From a virus (taxonomy: Duplodnaviria > Caudoviricetes), in the IMG/VR virus record IMGVR_UViG_3300030098_006079: a DNA stretch of 64,000 bases, one strand, 5' to 3'. A program made the position numbers and the translations under genes. Positions 1 through 11,421 of the stretch are shown here, piece after piece. How positions within the stretch are numbered: position 1 is the first letter of the stretch; each line of letters starts with the position of its first letter. The notes beneath the pieces are model-generated. The model ran no database searches. It saw nothing but the letters and a program-made list of their open reading frames with translations, and had not been told where the DNA came from.

Positions 1-1
1 A

Positions 2-3000
2 GTAACTAACACAACAGGTTGTAGAAATACAGCTAGTGGTAACTATTCTTTAAACTTTAACACAACAGGCTTTAATAATACTGCTCATGGTTTTCAAGCT
101 TTACTTAATAATACAACTGCGAAAGGTAATACTTCTACAGGTTATTATTCTTTAAGAGCTAACACAACAGGTTGTCATAATACTGCTAGTGGTTATTACG
201 CTTTGTACAGTAATACAACAGCTCATTATAACACAGCAGTTGGTGCGTGTGCTTTATTTGCTAACACAACAGCTGATTACAATACAGCATTTGGTTCTCA
301 ATCGTTAAAAGCTAACACAACCGGTGGAGGTAACTTAGCACTTGGTTATGCTGCTTTAACAAATAACACAACAGCTAGTTATAACACTGCAGTTGGTTAT
401 GCTGCTTTATTTGATAACACAACAGGTGGTTTGAATACTGCAGTAGGTAGACAAGCATTAGAAAATAATACAACCGGTGGTAAAAACACCGCTAGTGGTT
501 ACTTCGCTTTAGGTTCTAATACAACTGGTTCTTGTAATGATGCTTTCGGTTGGAACGCTTTATTAACTAACACTACTGGTGGTTATAATACAGCGATGGG
601 TCTTTGGGCCTTAAAACTTAACACTACTGGCTGTAAAAATGCCTCTGTAGGTTCACATTCTTTACAATCTAACACAGAGGGTTGTGTTAATACAGCAATA
701 GGTTATCAATCTTTACAAGCTAACACAACCGCGTCTTATAATACAGCAGTCGGTAGTTGTGCCTTGTTTGATAATACAACTGGTCATTCAAATACTGCAA
801 GTGGATTCTATTCATTAGCTAACAATACTACTGGTTGTAAAAACGTTGCTGCGGGTGCATGGTCGTTGGGTAAAAATACGTCTGGTTGCTCTAATACTGC
901 TAGTGGATATACCTCGTTGTGGGAGAATACAACAGGTTATGGTAATGCAGCGCATGGTACGAAGTCTCTTTGTAAAAATACTACAGGTTATAGTAATATT
1001 GCTGTAGGTTCTCAAGCTCTTACAACTAACACAACTGGTCATTCAAATACTGCTAGTGGTTACTTCGCTTTAAAATGTAACACAACAGGTGGTAAAAACA
1101 CAGCAGTAGGTTTATGTGCTTTACATTCTAATACTACAGCTGAATACAATACTGGTATTGGTTGGCGGGCTTTACTAACTAACACAACTGGTTGTAGAAA
1201 TACTGCTACTGGTATGTATGCTTTAACCAATAACTCAACAGGTGGTTGTAATACTGCTAGTGGTAGTTATTCGTTATATGCTAATACATGTGGTAGTTGG
1301 AACGCAGCAGTTGGTTATAAGGCTCTAAAATCTAATACAACAGCTAGTTTTAATACAGCAGTTGGTACATGTTCTTTACATTCTAATATATCTGGTTCTC
1401 GTGGTACCGCAGTCGGTTATCTGGCAGCAGTAAATAACACTTGTGGTCATCATACTACTGCAATAGGTAATCAAGTTTTATATTCTAATACAACAGGTCA
1501 TAGTAATACTGGTAGTGGTAGTTATGCTTTGTACAAAAACACAACTGGTGCATGTAACCAGGCATATGGTACTCTTTCCTTGTATCATAATACTACTGGT
1601 TGTTTAAACTCGGGTTTTGGTAGATCTACTTTATGTTCCAACACAACAGGTAGTTTCAACACCGCGATAGGATCCTGCGCTTTACCTAAAAATACTACTG
1701 CTTCTGATAATGTTGCTGTTGGTTATGCAGCGTTAAAAGTTAATATAATAGGCGCCAGAAATACAGCAGTTGGTAACTGTGCTTTATGTGCTAATGTATG
1801 TGGCAACGGTAACGCAGCATTTGGTCATAAAGCTATGAGAGATACCACAAGCGGTATTTATAATACTGCCAGCGGTGCATTTTCATTACATAATAACACA
1901 ACAGGTTCAACTAATGCTGCTCATGGTAATCTTGCTTTGTACAGTAACACAACAGGAGCTAATAATACTGCAAGTGGTACAAAGTCGTTATATGATAATA
2001 CAACTGGTTGTCTGAATACTGCAATTGGTTATGAGACTTTGTATGAGAATACAACATCTAATTATAATACTGCAGTTGGTGCATGTTCTTTATATGCTAA
2101 TACAACAGGAGCTAGTTTAGTCGCAGTTGGTTATAACGCTTTAAAATCAAGCACATGCGCTAATTGTAGTACAGCAGTTGGTCATCAAGCATTAATGGAT
2201 CAAACTACAGGAGGTGGTAATACTGCGGTAGGTCAAGCAGCAGGTGAAAATGTTACTACAGGTGTAGCGAATGTTATTGTAGGTGTGAAAGCTCTTTGTA
2301 CAGCAACAGTAGCTCATTATAATACAGCTATAGGTTATCAAGCACAAAGACAAACTACTACCGGGCATTGTAATATTGCAATTGGTTATAATAGCTTACT
2401 TAATAACACAACTGCTTGTAATAATGTTGGAGTTGGTTTAGATGCTCTATACACGGGTACAACTGGTAGTCACAATACTGCTATAGGTACAAGAACATTA
2501 TATGCTAATACCACCGGCTCTAAAAATGTAGCCTTAGGTTTTAGAACTTTGTGTTCTAACACTGAAGGTTTAAACAATGTTGCTTTAGGTGCGTTTGTTC
2601 TAGATGCAAACACTACAGGTCGTTGTAATACCGCTAGTGGTTATGCAGCAATGTATAATAACACAACGGGTTGTCGTAATACTGCAGTCGGTGATTGTGC
2701 TCTACATGATAATACAACTGGTCACGATAATGTTGCTATTGGTAGACACGCTTTAGTTAACAGCACAACAGCTGGTGCTAACACAGCAGTAGGTTCATGC
2801 GCATTACTTAGTAATACCACAGGAGCATCTCTTGTAGGTATTGGTTATCTAGCACTTGCAGCTAATACTACAGGAATTAGAAATACAGCTTTAGGAGTAT
2901 ATTCTCAAAGATATACTAGTACAGGCAACTTTAATACCTCTAGTGGTTATATGTCGTTGTGCTCTAACTCTACTGGTTGTAACAATACAGCTTTTGGTGA

Positions 3001-6000
3001 TCTAGCTTTAAGAACTAATACAACAGCTAGTTATGCTACTGCAGTAGGTGGCTGCGCTTTACATAGTAACACTACAGGGTCATATAATACCGCTGTTGGT
3101 TTTCATGCTGCATCCTCTAATACAACAGCATTTGGTCAAACAGCTATAGGTTACCATGCATTAATTTGTAACCAGACTGGTTGCCGTAATACTGCTTTAG
3201 GTGTTTTCGCATTGTGTTGTAACGTATCTGGTTGTGATAATACAGCAAGTGGTGTATATGCTCTATATAAAAATACAGGGTCAAATAACTCTGCATATGG
3301 TTTCGCATCATTAATAACTAACAGCTCTGGTGAGTATAACACAGCAGTTGGTGGTTGTTCTTTATATGCTAATACTACTTCTTGTAACAATACTGGTATT
3401 GGTTGGATGTCCTTAAAGAGTAATACAACCGGAGCTAGTAATACAGGAGTAGGAGCTAATACATTACAGAGCAATACTACTGGTGGTAATAATGTTGCTA
3501 TAGGTGACTGTGCTTTACTTTGCAATACAACTGGTGGTCACAATATTGGTATTGGTCATGGTGCTTTATGTGATGCAACGACAGCGGGTGGTAATGTTGC
3601 GATCGGTGGTGTTGCTATGGAGAACACTACAACAGGAGAATATAATATTGCTCAAGGTAAGTATGCTCTTAATGCTAATACAACAGGTTGTCGAAATGTA
3701 GGTTTAGGTTACGCCGCTTTAATTGCTAACACAACTGCTAGTAAAAATACCGCGGTTGGTACTTGTGCTATGTATGATACCTCAACAGGTATTCTTAATA
3801 CTGCAGTTGGAAATGAAACTTTAGTAAACAACACTACAGGAAGCTACAGTACAGCAGTTGGTGCTTGTGCTTTGAAGACTAATACTACCTCTAGTTATAA
3901 CGACGCTTTTGGTATGGGTGCGTTGTGTACTAATAACGGTGGTACCCATAATGTAGCGGTAGGTGGTGTTGCTTTACGATTTAATACTACTGGTTGCAGA
4001 AACACAGCAAGTGGTCATTACGTGATGGGTAAGAACACTACAGGTTGTATGAATGTAGCTTACGGTTATTATGCATTAGTATGTAATACAACAGCTAATA
4101 GTAATACAGCGGTTGGTGCATGTTCTTTATATGCTAATACAACAGGTGCTAATAATACTGCTAGTGGTTATAGATCTTTAGCAAATAATACAACAGGTAG
4201 TGATAACACCGCCGTTGGGTGGTCTGCTATAAAGTCTAATACAACAGGTAGTCATAATGCTGCATTAGGTTATCAAAGTATGCAAGCTACCACAACAGGC
4301 CATTCGAATGCTGCGATTGGTAAACAAACTTTATATGCTAATACATGCGGACAAAGAAACACAGCAAGTGGTTATAGAGCTTTATTTAATAACACTTCCG
4401 GTTCTGGTTCTGTCGCACTTGGTGCATGTGCTTTATGTGGTAATACAACTGCTGGTAATAATATTGCTATAGGTAGAGGTGCTATGAGAAACAATACTAC
4501 TGGTAGTATTAATAGTGCAAGTGGTTATAAATCCTTGTACGCTAACACAACCGGTACACACAATGCCGTTCATGGTTATGAAGCTATGTGTAAGAATACA
4601 ACCGGTGGTTATAATACTGCAATCGGTACATGCGCTTTATTTAATAATACTGGTAATGATAATGTTGCATTAGGATATGCTGCTGGTATTAATAATACTT
4701 CGGGTTGTAATAATGTATTTTTAGGAACAAACTCTTGTGCATGTGATGCTACTTTATGTAATGTTGTTGCTATTGGTAAGTCAGCAGTTGCAACAGCTAC
4801 TAATCAAATCGCATTAGGTGGCTCGAGTCATACAGTAGACTTAGCTGCTTGTAAGTTAACAATTGGTGGTAGCGGTGGTACTGCAGGTTATGTAATGTGT
4901 ACTGATGGTTCTGGTAATGTTGGTTGGACGTCAATCGCTGGTGCTTCTGGAGGTGTTACTTGTGTTGCTACAGCCAATACTCATGTTGGCGATGGTTCAA
5001 TGTCTAATGTAGTTGCTCTTTCAGCTGTACATAACACAGCATATGGTTATCAATCTTTAAAAGAGCTAACATGCGGAGATTATAATACAGCCATTGGGTC
5101 ATGTTCTTTAGGTAAAACAACTACTGGGCTTAGAAATACAGCAAGTGGTTATGCAGCTTTATGGAAAAATACAACTGGTTGTGAAAATACAGCGAGTGGT
5201 ATATATGCTTTAATGAACAATACAACTGCTTCAGAGAATACAGCAGTTGGTAATAGAGCGCTTCTCACTAATAGTACAGGTTGTGCTAATACAGCAGTTG
5301 GTTCAAGCGCTCTTAGAGTCAATACAACAGGTTTAAGACATACGGCGTTTGGTGTAGAGGCTTTAAAGAACAATACAACAGGTAGCTATAATAATGCTCA
5401 AGGTTATGGTGCTCTGTTTACTAACACAACAGGTCAAACCAACGATGCATTTGGTTATGCTGCTCTGTACGCTAATACAACTGGAGGATGTAATGCCGCA
5501 TTTGGTCATGCACCCTTAGCTAAGAATACAACTGGTAATCAAAACACTGCTGTTGGTAATCTTGCTTTATGCTCTAATACAACTGGTAATTATAGTACAG
5601 CGGTAGGTACAAAATCATTATATACAAACACAACTGGTAACAACCAAGCATTTGGTTCATTTTCATTAAAGAAAAACACAACTGGTACTCTTAATAATGC
5701 ATTTGGTTATGCAGCAATGGAAGAGAATACAACAGGTGATTGTAATACTGCAATGGGTCATGCTGTATTAAACAAAAATACAACAGGTTGTAATAATACT
5801 GCCCTTGGCGTACAAGCTTTATACTGTAATACAACAGGTTGTAATAATACTGCAATTGGACGTTCGGCCTTAGAATGTCACACTTCAGGTAAGAATAATA
5901 CAGCCATGGGAACCTGGGCTTTATATAAAACTACAACCGGGCAAAGAAACATTGCTATAGGTAATAGTTCTTTAGAAAAAAATACATGTGGTTGTTGGAA

Positions 6001-9000
6001 TGTTGCAATCGGTTCTCGTTCTTTATATTGTAACACAACAGCTTGTGGTAACACAGCAGTCGGTGGTTGTACTTTACACACTAATTCAACAGGAACTCAG
6101 AACACAGCAAGTGGTTATGTAGCTTTAGCAAAAAACACAACTGGCGCTAATAACACAGCTAGTGGTTATAGTGCCTTACAAAAAAATACAACTGGTCATT
6201 CAAATACTGCAGCTGGTTCATGCGCATTACTTAATAACACAACTGGTTGTTTTAATAATGCTTTCGGTAAGAGAGCCTTACGATCTAACACAACAGGTAA
6301 TCATAATCTTGCTATAGGTAATGATGCTCTTTATGGAAACACAACAGGTAATTATAATACTGCTAGTGGTTATTATGCATTAGGACTTGGAGCAGCTGGT
6401 TGTGAAAATGCCGCGTTTGGTTATAAAGCAGGTATGGGTGTTAATGGTGGTAAGCATAACACTGCTGTTGGTTACGAAGCCTTATTAGCTACAGGAACAA
6501 AATGTCTTAATACTGCTATTGGTCATAAGTCTCTGACATCCCTCACAACTGGCTGTAATAATACTGGTGTTGGTTATGGTTCATTATGTAATGCTACAAC
6601 TGCTTGTGATAATACTGCGCTAGGATATGGAGCGTTTGGTGCTCTTACAACTGGTTGTAGAAACGTAGCTGTCGGTCATGGTGCTGGTAATGCAACTACC
6701 ACCGGAGCGTGCAACTTCTTTGGTGGTCATGGTGCTGGGGAGGACAACACTACCGGTCATAGTAATGTAGCAATTGGCAGACAAGCTATGAATAAAAATA
6801 CAACTGCTGCTTATAATACAGTAGTTGGTGCATGTGCTCTTTTCTGTAATACGACAACTGGTATGGCGATGGAAGCATTTGGTTTTCGAGCACTACATAG
6901 TAACACAACAGGTTCTTGTAATACGGGTATAGGTTTTTGTGCTTTATATAGTAATACAAGCGGTTGTTTTAATACCGCGAGTGGTTACAGATCGCTAGCA
7001 ACTAACACTACAGGATGTAACAACGCGTCATATGGTTCATTTACTTTAGCGGCTAATGAATGTGGTTGTTATAATACAGCAATTGGCTTTAACTCGATGA
7101 AGTGTAATGCATCGGGTAATCAAAACACCGCGAGTGGCTCGTATTCTTTAATGTGTACCTCCTCTGGTAATTATAATACAGCTTTTGGTTATTCAGCTGC
7201 CCTTAACAATACTACTGGAGGATTTAATACTGCAGTAGGTAGAACGTCGCTGTATAATAATACAACAGGTATTGCTAACACAGCTATAGGTATGGAAGCA
7301 TTGTACTGTAATACAACTGCTTCTTATAATGTAGCAGTAGGTTATTGCACATTAAGGACTAATAGTACTGGAGCTAAGAATACTGCCGTTGGTCAAAGCG
7401 CATTAAAATCTAGTACAACTTCCAACTACAACGCCGCATTTGGTTATCAAACATTATTCTCTAATACAACTGGTATTCAAAATACTGCAAGTGGTTCATA
7501 TTCAATGTATGATAATACTACAGGTAGTTATAATGTTGCGTATGGTCTGAATTCATTAGCTAATAACATTACAGGTTGTGCTAATACAGCTATTGGTAAC
7601 AAGACTTTAGAGACTAATACTGCTGGTCATCGTAACGTTGCAATAGGTTGTCTCGCAGGTACGACTATGACTGGTAGTGATAATACTTTCATTGGTACTG
7701 AAGCAGGAAGATATACGACATCTAGTAAGTGTCATGTAGCGATAGGTCGTAACGCAATGAGACATAATTCGACTGGTTGTCGTAATAATGTTATTGGTGC
7801 TTGGGCTTTATATAGAAACACTACAGGAACAAATAATACTGCTAGCGGTTATTATTCTCTTAATTGTAATACAACTGGTAGTAATAATAATGCTGTAGGT
7901 TTGTTTGCTTTACAATGTAGCTGTACAGCTAGTAATAATAACGCAGTAGGTTATGCAGCTTTAATGAAAAATAACGCTGCAGATAATAATGCGTTTGGCT
8001 ACGGTGCTCTACAATATAATACAACTGGTACAAAGAACACCGCTATGGGTTGTCGAGTTATGAATACTAATACAGTTGGTTCTTGTAATACAGCAATGGG
8101 TAGTGAAGCTCTATTTTATAATGAATGTGGTATTTTTAATTCGGCGTTTGGTATAGCTGGTATGTCTTCAAATACAACAGGTTGTCATAATGTTGCAGTT
8201 GGTGGTTGTGCTTTAGCTGGTAACACTACAGCGAATGATAATGTTGCAGTTGGCTTTAAAACGTTATTAGTTTCAACAACTGGTTGTGAAAACGTTGCAA
8301 TTGGTCAGCGCACATTGTGTAGTAATACTACCGGATCAACAAACACAGCTGTCGGTCAACAAGCTCTCGTAAAAAATACTACAGCTCACGACAATACAGC
8401 TGTTGGTAAGAGTAGTATGCATGACAATACAACAGGTACTCTTAATACTGCAGTAGGTAGAAACTCTCTAAATTCTAATACAACAGCTTCTTATAACACA
8501 GCAATTGGTGGTTGTGCGTTATTGACTAATACTACTGGTGCTGCTAATACAGCAAATGGTTTTCGTGCACTAGCATCTAACACTACTGCTTCAGAGAATA
8601 CTGCAAGTGGTTATGCTGCTATGCAATTAAACACAACTGGTTGTGAAAATAGTGCATTTGGTAGAAAAGCAATGTGCTGCAATACAACAGGATTTAATAA
8701 TACAGCAGTTGGAGTAGTTGCGTTAGCTAATAACTCTACCGGTTGTTATAATACTGCAGTAGGTAATAGGGCGATGCTCCTTACTACGTCTAGCTTAAAT
8801 ACAGCAGTTGGTTATGTTGCTTTATGTAAAAATACAACTGGTAATAGTCAGGTCGCTGTTGGAGCATGTGCTTTACATACTAATACAACAGGAGGTGATA
8901 ATGTTGCAATTGGTGTAGAGTCGCTAAGATTTAACACCACCGGTGCTAGTAATGTAGTAGTTGGTAAAGATGCTGCACAATGTAATACGACGGCTAATAA

Positions 9001-11338
9001 TAATGTAGCAATAGGTTTGAAAGCTAATGCGCTTAATAAAACCGGATTCGGTAACGTAAGTGTAGGTGCCTGCGCAGCGTATAATTCCATATGTGGTAAA
9101 AACACTGCTATTGGTACAAGTGCTTTAGTTACTAATACAACCGGTGTTTGTAATGTAGTAGTTGGTTGGGATGCAGGTTATAGCACTACTACTGGTGGGT
9201 ACAACGTATTCATGGGCTCAAGAGCTGGTTTTAGTAATACTACAGGTGCTTCAAATACATTTATTGGTAAGGATTCTGGTTACTATACAACAACTGCTAG
9301 TCATAACACTGCTGTTGGTAATGGATCTCTTCTTGTTAACTCAACTGGTAGTTATAATACTGCAAGTGGTAGTTATGCTATGTATGCAACCACAACTGGG
9401 GCACAAAATACAGCGACGGGTTATGCAGCTATGTATTGTAATACAACTGGTAATTACAACGTCGCCGTCGGTCAGAGTTCCATGTACAAAAATGTATCCG
9501 GTAGTTGGAATACAGCGTTAGGTTTTGACAGCATGTCCTGCAACGTAGGTGGTTGTTATAACACAGCGTTAGGTAGAAAAGCAATGTGCTGCAATACATA
9601 TGGTAACTGTAACGCCGCAGGCGGTAATCATGCTTTAAGCTCTAACACAACTGGTTGTGAGAATGTAGCATTTGGTTATGCACCGATGTTGAACAATACA
9701 ACAGGTAAGTGGAATACTGCAATGGGTAGTTTTTCTTTATATAATAACACAACTGCTTGTTACAACACATCGGTTGGTAGACAATCTCTTTTTAGTACTA
9801 CAACAGGTAAACAAAATACAGCTATAGGTAATAGATCTTTATATAGTAACACAACAGCTAGTTATAATACAGGTCTTGGAGATCATGCTGGTTTTGGTAT
9901 TACAAGCGGTACAAGAAACACTACTGTAGGTCATGCGTCGATGCAATGTACATCTACTGGTGATGATAACGTTGCAGTAGGTCATTATTCCTTACATTGT
10001 AACACAACAGCTAACCAGAACGTTGCAGTCGGTGCTTGTACATTAATGAACAACTTAACAGGATCTAATAATACTGCAGTTGGTCATGGTGCTTTACATT
10101 CTAATACTACCGCGGCTAATAACGTTGCTGTAGGTCAATGCGCTTTGAGAAATAACTGCTGTAGTGGTGCAAAAGAAAATGTCGCGGTAGGTGCAACAGC
10201 TTTGCTTGCTAACTGTTCTGGTTGTAGAAATAATGCTCTTGGTACATCCGCTTTACAATGTAATACAAGCGGTGTTAGAAACCAAGCATTTGGTGGTTGG
10301 GCGTTACGTAGAAATACAACAGGTAGTAACAATACTGCTAGTGGTTATTATTCTCTTAATTGTAATACTGGTGGTAGTCAGAATACAGCTTATGGACATT
10401 ATACTCTTAGAAGTAATGTTACTGGAAATTGTAACACTGCGATGGGTTCATGTGCTGGTTGTGGTACGACAACAGGATCCGTGGTAGCAATAGGCGCTGC
10501 GGCTCTTAAAGACAATACAAGCGGAGTTAACTTGGCGGTCGGTTATTGTGCTGCTGGTAGAACCACCTCAGGTGGTCAGAATACTGTTGTGGGTACTCGC
10601 GCCATGGAATTGAATACAACTGGTGGTTGTAACACAGTAATGGGTGACCACGCCATGCATTATAATACAGGTAATTATAATACAGCCATGGGTCGTTTAG
10701 CTGGTTATTGTAGCATTGGTACAGAAAACGTTTATATAGGTTATAAAACTGCATGTATATCTACTAGCGCTAATTACAACACATTTGTTGGATCAGGAGC
10801 TGCTGCTAATAATACTGTTGGAGATTGTCATACTAGTCTTGGAGCAGGTACAGGACCAACTGCTTGTAACTTAACTAACACTATTTCAATTGGTTACAAT
10901 GTAACGGTTGCAGCTAACAACTATACATGCATTGGTAACAGTGCAACGGTCTGCTCAGTTGTCCCGAACATTTCTACTAACTGCTTTACGACTGGTGCGT
11001 TCATGGAAAGTAACCTCAGCTCCTTTGAGATAAAGGGCAATCCTACAGGAACGGTATTGATATGGAAAGATGGTAAAGCTATACCTTGTGAAGAAGAATA
11101 CGATGTAACAGTATTAGGTGTAGCTGCAGATAATAATGAATCTCCTATTATAATTGGAGCAGAGCCAGTGTTAGTAACTGGACCAATTAACGAAGGAGAC
11201 TTTATTGTTACATCTGACAAGAGAGGACATGGAAAGAAAGGATTTAGTAACAACTTGTTTGGTAAAGTTATTGCTCAGGCATTAGAGTCTGGAGATGGTG
11301 ATAGCTATACTATCAAGGCTATGATTAGGAAAATGTAA
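2..11338 (+). CDS. Giant tail fibre/adhesin-like protein (>3778 aa, 5'-truncated) of ~14-aa NTAVG-x-x-AL-x-x-NTTG beta-roll repeats with a C-terminal chaperone/Peptidase_G2-like domain
   Basis: The frame is open from nt 2 (VTNTTGCRNTASG...), so the track start at 203 is internal. Hundreds of YadA-head-like repeats; linker GGSGGTAGYVMCTDGSGNVGW near nt 4870-4930; C-terminus VLVTGPINEGDFIVTS...GKVIAQALE resembles tail-spike intramolecular chaperone ends. Confidence 0.8.
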   Translation, partial: VTNTTGCRNTASGNYSLNFNTTGFNNTAHGFQALLNNTTAKGNTSTGYYSLRANTTGCHNTASGYYALYSNTTAHYNTAVGACALFANTTADYNTAFGSQSLKANTTGGGNLALGYAALTNNTTASYNTAVGYAALFDNTTGGLNTAVGRQALENNTTGGKNTASGYFALGSNTTGSCNDAFGWNALLTNTTGGYNTAMGLWALKLNTTGCKNASVGSHSLQSNTEGCVNTAIGYQSLQANTTASYNTAVGSCALFDNTTGHSNTASGFYSLANNTTGCKNVAAGAWSLGKNTSGCSNTASGYTSLWENTTGYGNAAHGTKSLCKNTTGYSNIAVGSQALTTNTTGHSNTASGYFALKCNTTGGKNTAVGLCALHSNTTAEYNTGIGWRALLTNTTGCRNTATGMYALTNNSTGGCNTASGSYSLYANTCGSWNAAVGYKALKSNTTASFNTAVGTCSLHSNISGSRGTAVGYLAAVNNTCGHHTTAIGNQVLYSNTTGHSNTGSGSYALYKNTTGACNQAYGTLSLYHNTTGCLNSGFGRSTLCSNTTGSFNTAIGSCALPKNTTASDNVAVGYAALKVNIIGARNTAVGNCALCANVCGNGNAAFGHKAMRDTTSGIYNTASGAFSLHNNTTGSTNAAHGNLALYSNTTGANNTASGTKSLYDNTTGCLNTAIGYETLYENTTSNYNTAVGACSLYANTTGASLVAVGYNALKSSTCANCSTAVGHQALMDQTTGGGNTAVGQAAGENVTTGVANVIVGVKALCTATVAHYNTAIGYQAQRQTTTGHCNIAIGYNSLLNNTTACNNVGVGLDALYTGTTGSHNTAIGTRTLYANTTGSKNVALGFRTLCSNTEGLNNVALGAFVLDANTTGRCNTASGYAAMYNNTTGCRNTAVGDCALHDNTTGHDNVAIGRHALVNSTTAGANTAVGSCALLSNTTGASLVGIGYLALAANTTGIRNTALGVYSQRYTSTGNFNTSSGYMSLCSNSTGCNNTAFGDLALRTNTTASYATAVGGCALHSNTTGSYNTAVGFHAASSNTTAFGQTAIGYHALICNQTGCRNTALGVFALCCNVSGCDNTASGVYALYKNTGSNNSAYGFASLITNSSGEYNTAVGGCSLYANTTSCNNTGIGWMSLKSNTTGASNTGVGANTLQSNTTGGNNVAIGDCALLCNTTGGHNIGIGHGALCDATTAGGNVAIGGVAMENTTTGEYNIAQGKYALNANTTGCRNVGLGYAALIANTTASKNTAVGTCAMYDTSTGILNTAVGNETLVNNTTGSYSTAVGACALKTNTTSSYNDAFGMGALCTNNGGTHNVAVGGVALRFNTTGCRNTASGHYVMGKNTTGCMNVAYGYYALVCNTTANSNTAVGACSLYANTTGANNTASGYRSLANNTTGSDNTAVGWSAIKSNTTGSHNAALGYQSMQATTTGHSNAAIGKQTLYANTCGQRNTASGYRALFNNTSGSGSVALGACALCGNTTAGNNIAIGRGAMRNNTTGSINSASGYKSLYANTTGTHNAVHGYEAMCKNTTGGYNTAIGTCALFNNTGNDNVALGYAAGINNTSGCNNVFLGTNSCACDATLCNVVAIGKSAVATATNQIALGGSSHTVDLAACKLTIGGSGGTAGYVMCTDGSGNVGWTSIAGASGGVTCVATANTHVGDGSMSNVVALSAVHNTAYGYQSLKELTCGDYNTAIGSCSLGKTTTGLRNTASGYAALWKNTTGCENTASGIYALMNNTTASENTAVGNRALLTNSTGCANTAVGSSALRVNTTGLRHTAFGVEALKNNTTGSYNNAQGYGALFTNTTGQTNDAFGYAALYANTTGGCNAAFGHAPLAKNTTGNQNTAVGNLALCSNTTGNYSTAVGTKSLYTNTTGNNQAFGSFSLKKNTTGTLNNAFGYAAMEENTTGDCNTAMGHAVLNKNTTGCNNTALGVQALYCNTTGCNNTAIGRSALECHTSGKNNTAMGTWALYKTTTGQRNIAIGNSSLEKNTCGCWNVAIGSRSLYCNTTACGNTAVGGCTLHTNSTGTQNTASGYVALAKNTTGANNTASGYSALQKNTTGHSNTAAGSCALLNNTTGCFNNAFGKRALRSNTTGNHNLAIGNDALYGNTTGNYNTASGYYALGLGAAGCENAAFGYKAGMGVNGGKHNTAVGYEALLATGTKCLNTAIGHKSLTSLTTGCNNTGVGYGSLCNATTACDNTALGYGAFGALTTGCRNVAVGHGAGNATTTGACNFFGGHGAGEDNTTGHSNVAIGRQAMNKNTTAAYNTVVGACALFCNTTTGMAMEAFGFRALHSNTTGSCNTGIGFCALYSNTSGCFNTASGYRSLATNTTGCNNASYGSFTLAANECGCYNTAIGFNSMKCNASGNQNTASGSYSLMCTSSGNYNTAFGYSAALNNTTGGFNTAVGRTSLYNNTTGIANTAIGMEALYCNTTASYNVAVGYCTLRTNSTGAKNTAVGQSALKSSTTSNYNAAFGYQTLFSNTTGIQNTASGSYSMYDNTTGSYNVAYGLNSLANNITGCANTAIGNKTLETNTAGHRNVAIGCLAGTTMTGSDNTFIGTEAGRYTTSSKCHVAIGRNAMRHNSTGCRNNVIGAWALYRNTTGTNNTASGYYSLNCNTTGSNNNAVGLFALQCSCTASNNNAVGYAALMKNNAADNNAFGYGALQYNTTGTKNTAMGCRVMNTNTVGSCNTAMGSEALFYNECGIFNSAFGIAGMSSNTTGCHNVAVGGCALAGNTTANDNVAVGFKTLLVSTTGCENVAIGQRTLCSNTTGSTNTAVGQQALVKNTTAHDNTAVGKSSMHDNTTGTLNTAVGRNSLNSNTTASYNTAIGGCALLTNTTGAANTANGFRALASNTTASENTASGYAAMQLNTTGCENSAFGRKAMCCNTTGFNNTAVGVVALANNSTGCYNTAVGNRAMLLTTSSLNTAVGYVALCKNTTGNSQVAVGACALHTNTTGGDNVAIGVESLRFNTTGASNVVVGKDAAQCNTTANNNVAIGLKANALNKTGFGNVSVGACAAYNSICGKNTAIGTSALVTNTTGVCNVVVGWDAGYSTTTGGYNVFMGSRAGFSNTTGASNTFIGKDSGYYTTTASHNTAVGNGSLLVNSTGSYNTASGSYAMYATTTGAQNTATGYAAMYCNTTGNYNVAVGQSSMYKNVSGSWNTALGFDSMSCNVGGCYNTALGRKAMCCNTYGNCNAAGGNHALSSNTTGCENVAFGYAPMLNNTTGKWNTAMGSFSLYNNTTACYNTSVGRQSLFSTTTGKQNTAIGNRSLYSNTTASYNTGLGDHAGFGITSGTRNTTVGHASMQCTSTGDDNVAVGHYSLHCNTTANQNVAVGACTLMNNLTGSNNTAVGHGALHSNTTAANNVAVGQCALRNNCCSGAKENVAVGATALLANCSGCRNNALGTSALQCNTSGVRNQAFGGWALRRNTTGSNNTASGYYSLNCNTGGSQNTAYGHYTLRSNVTGNCNTAMGSCAGCGTTTGSVVAIGAAALKDNTSGVNLAVGYCAAGRTTSGGQNTVVGTRAMELNTTGGCNTVMGDHAMHYNTGNYNTAMGRLAGYCSIGTENVYIGYKTACISTSANYNTFVGSGAAANNTVGDCHTSLGAGTGPTACNLTNTISIGYNVTVAANNYTCIGNSATVCSVVPNISTNCFTTGAFMESNLSSFEIKGNPTGTVLIWKDGKAIPCEEEYDVTVLGVAADNNESPIIIGAEPVLVTGPINEGDFIVTSDKRGHGKKGFSNNLFGKVIAQALESGDGDSYTIKAMIRKM

Positions 11339-11421
11339 CTAGAGATCTCGAGAAAAATTTTTTTGCAAAACTCGGGGAGATTTTACATTAAGGGGTTTAA
11401 AAAATAAATAATTAAAGTTAT

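Noticed and set aside
2-11338. Periodic aatacaacaggt-like DNA repeats as a CRISPR array or satellite
   Set aside because: Repeats are in-frame, vary at synonymous positions and encode protein; there is no constant repeat with unique spacers.
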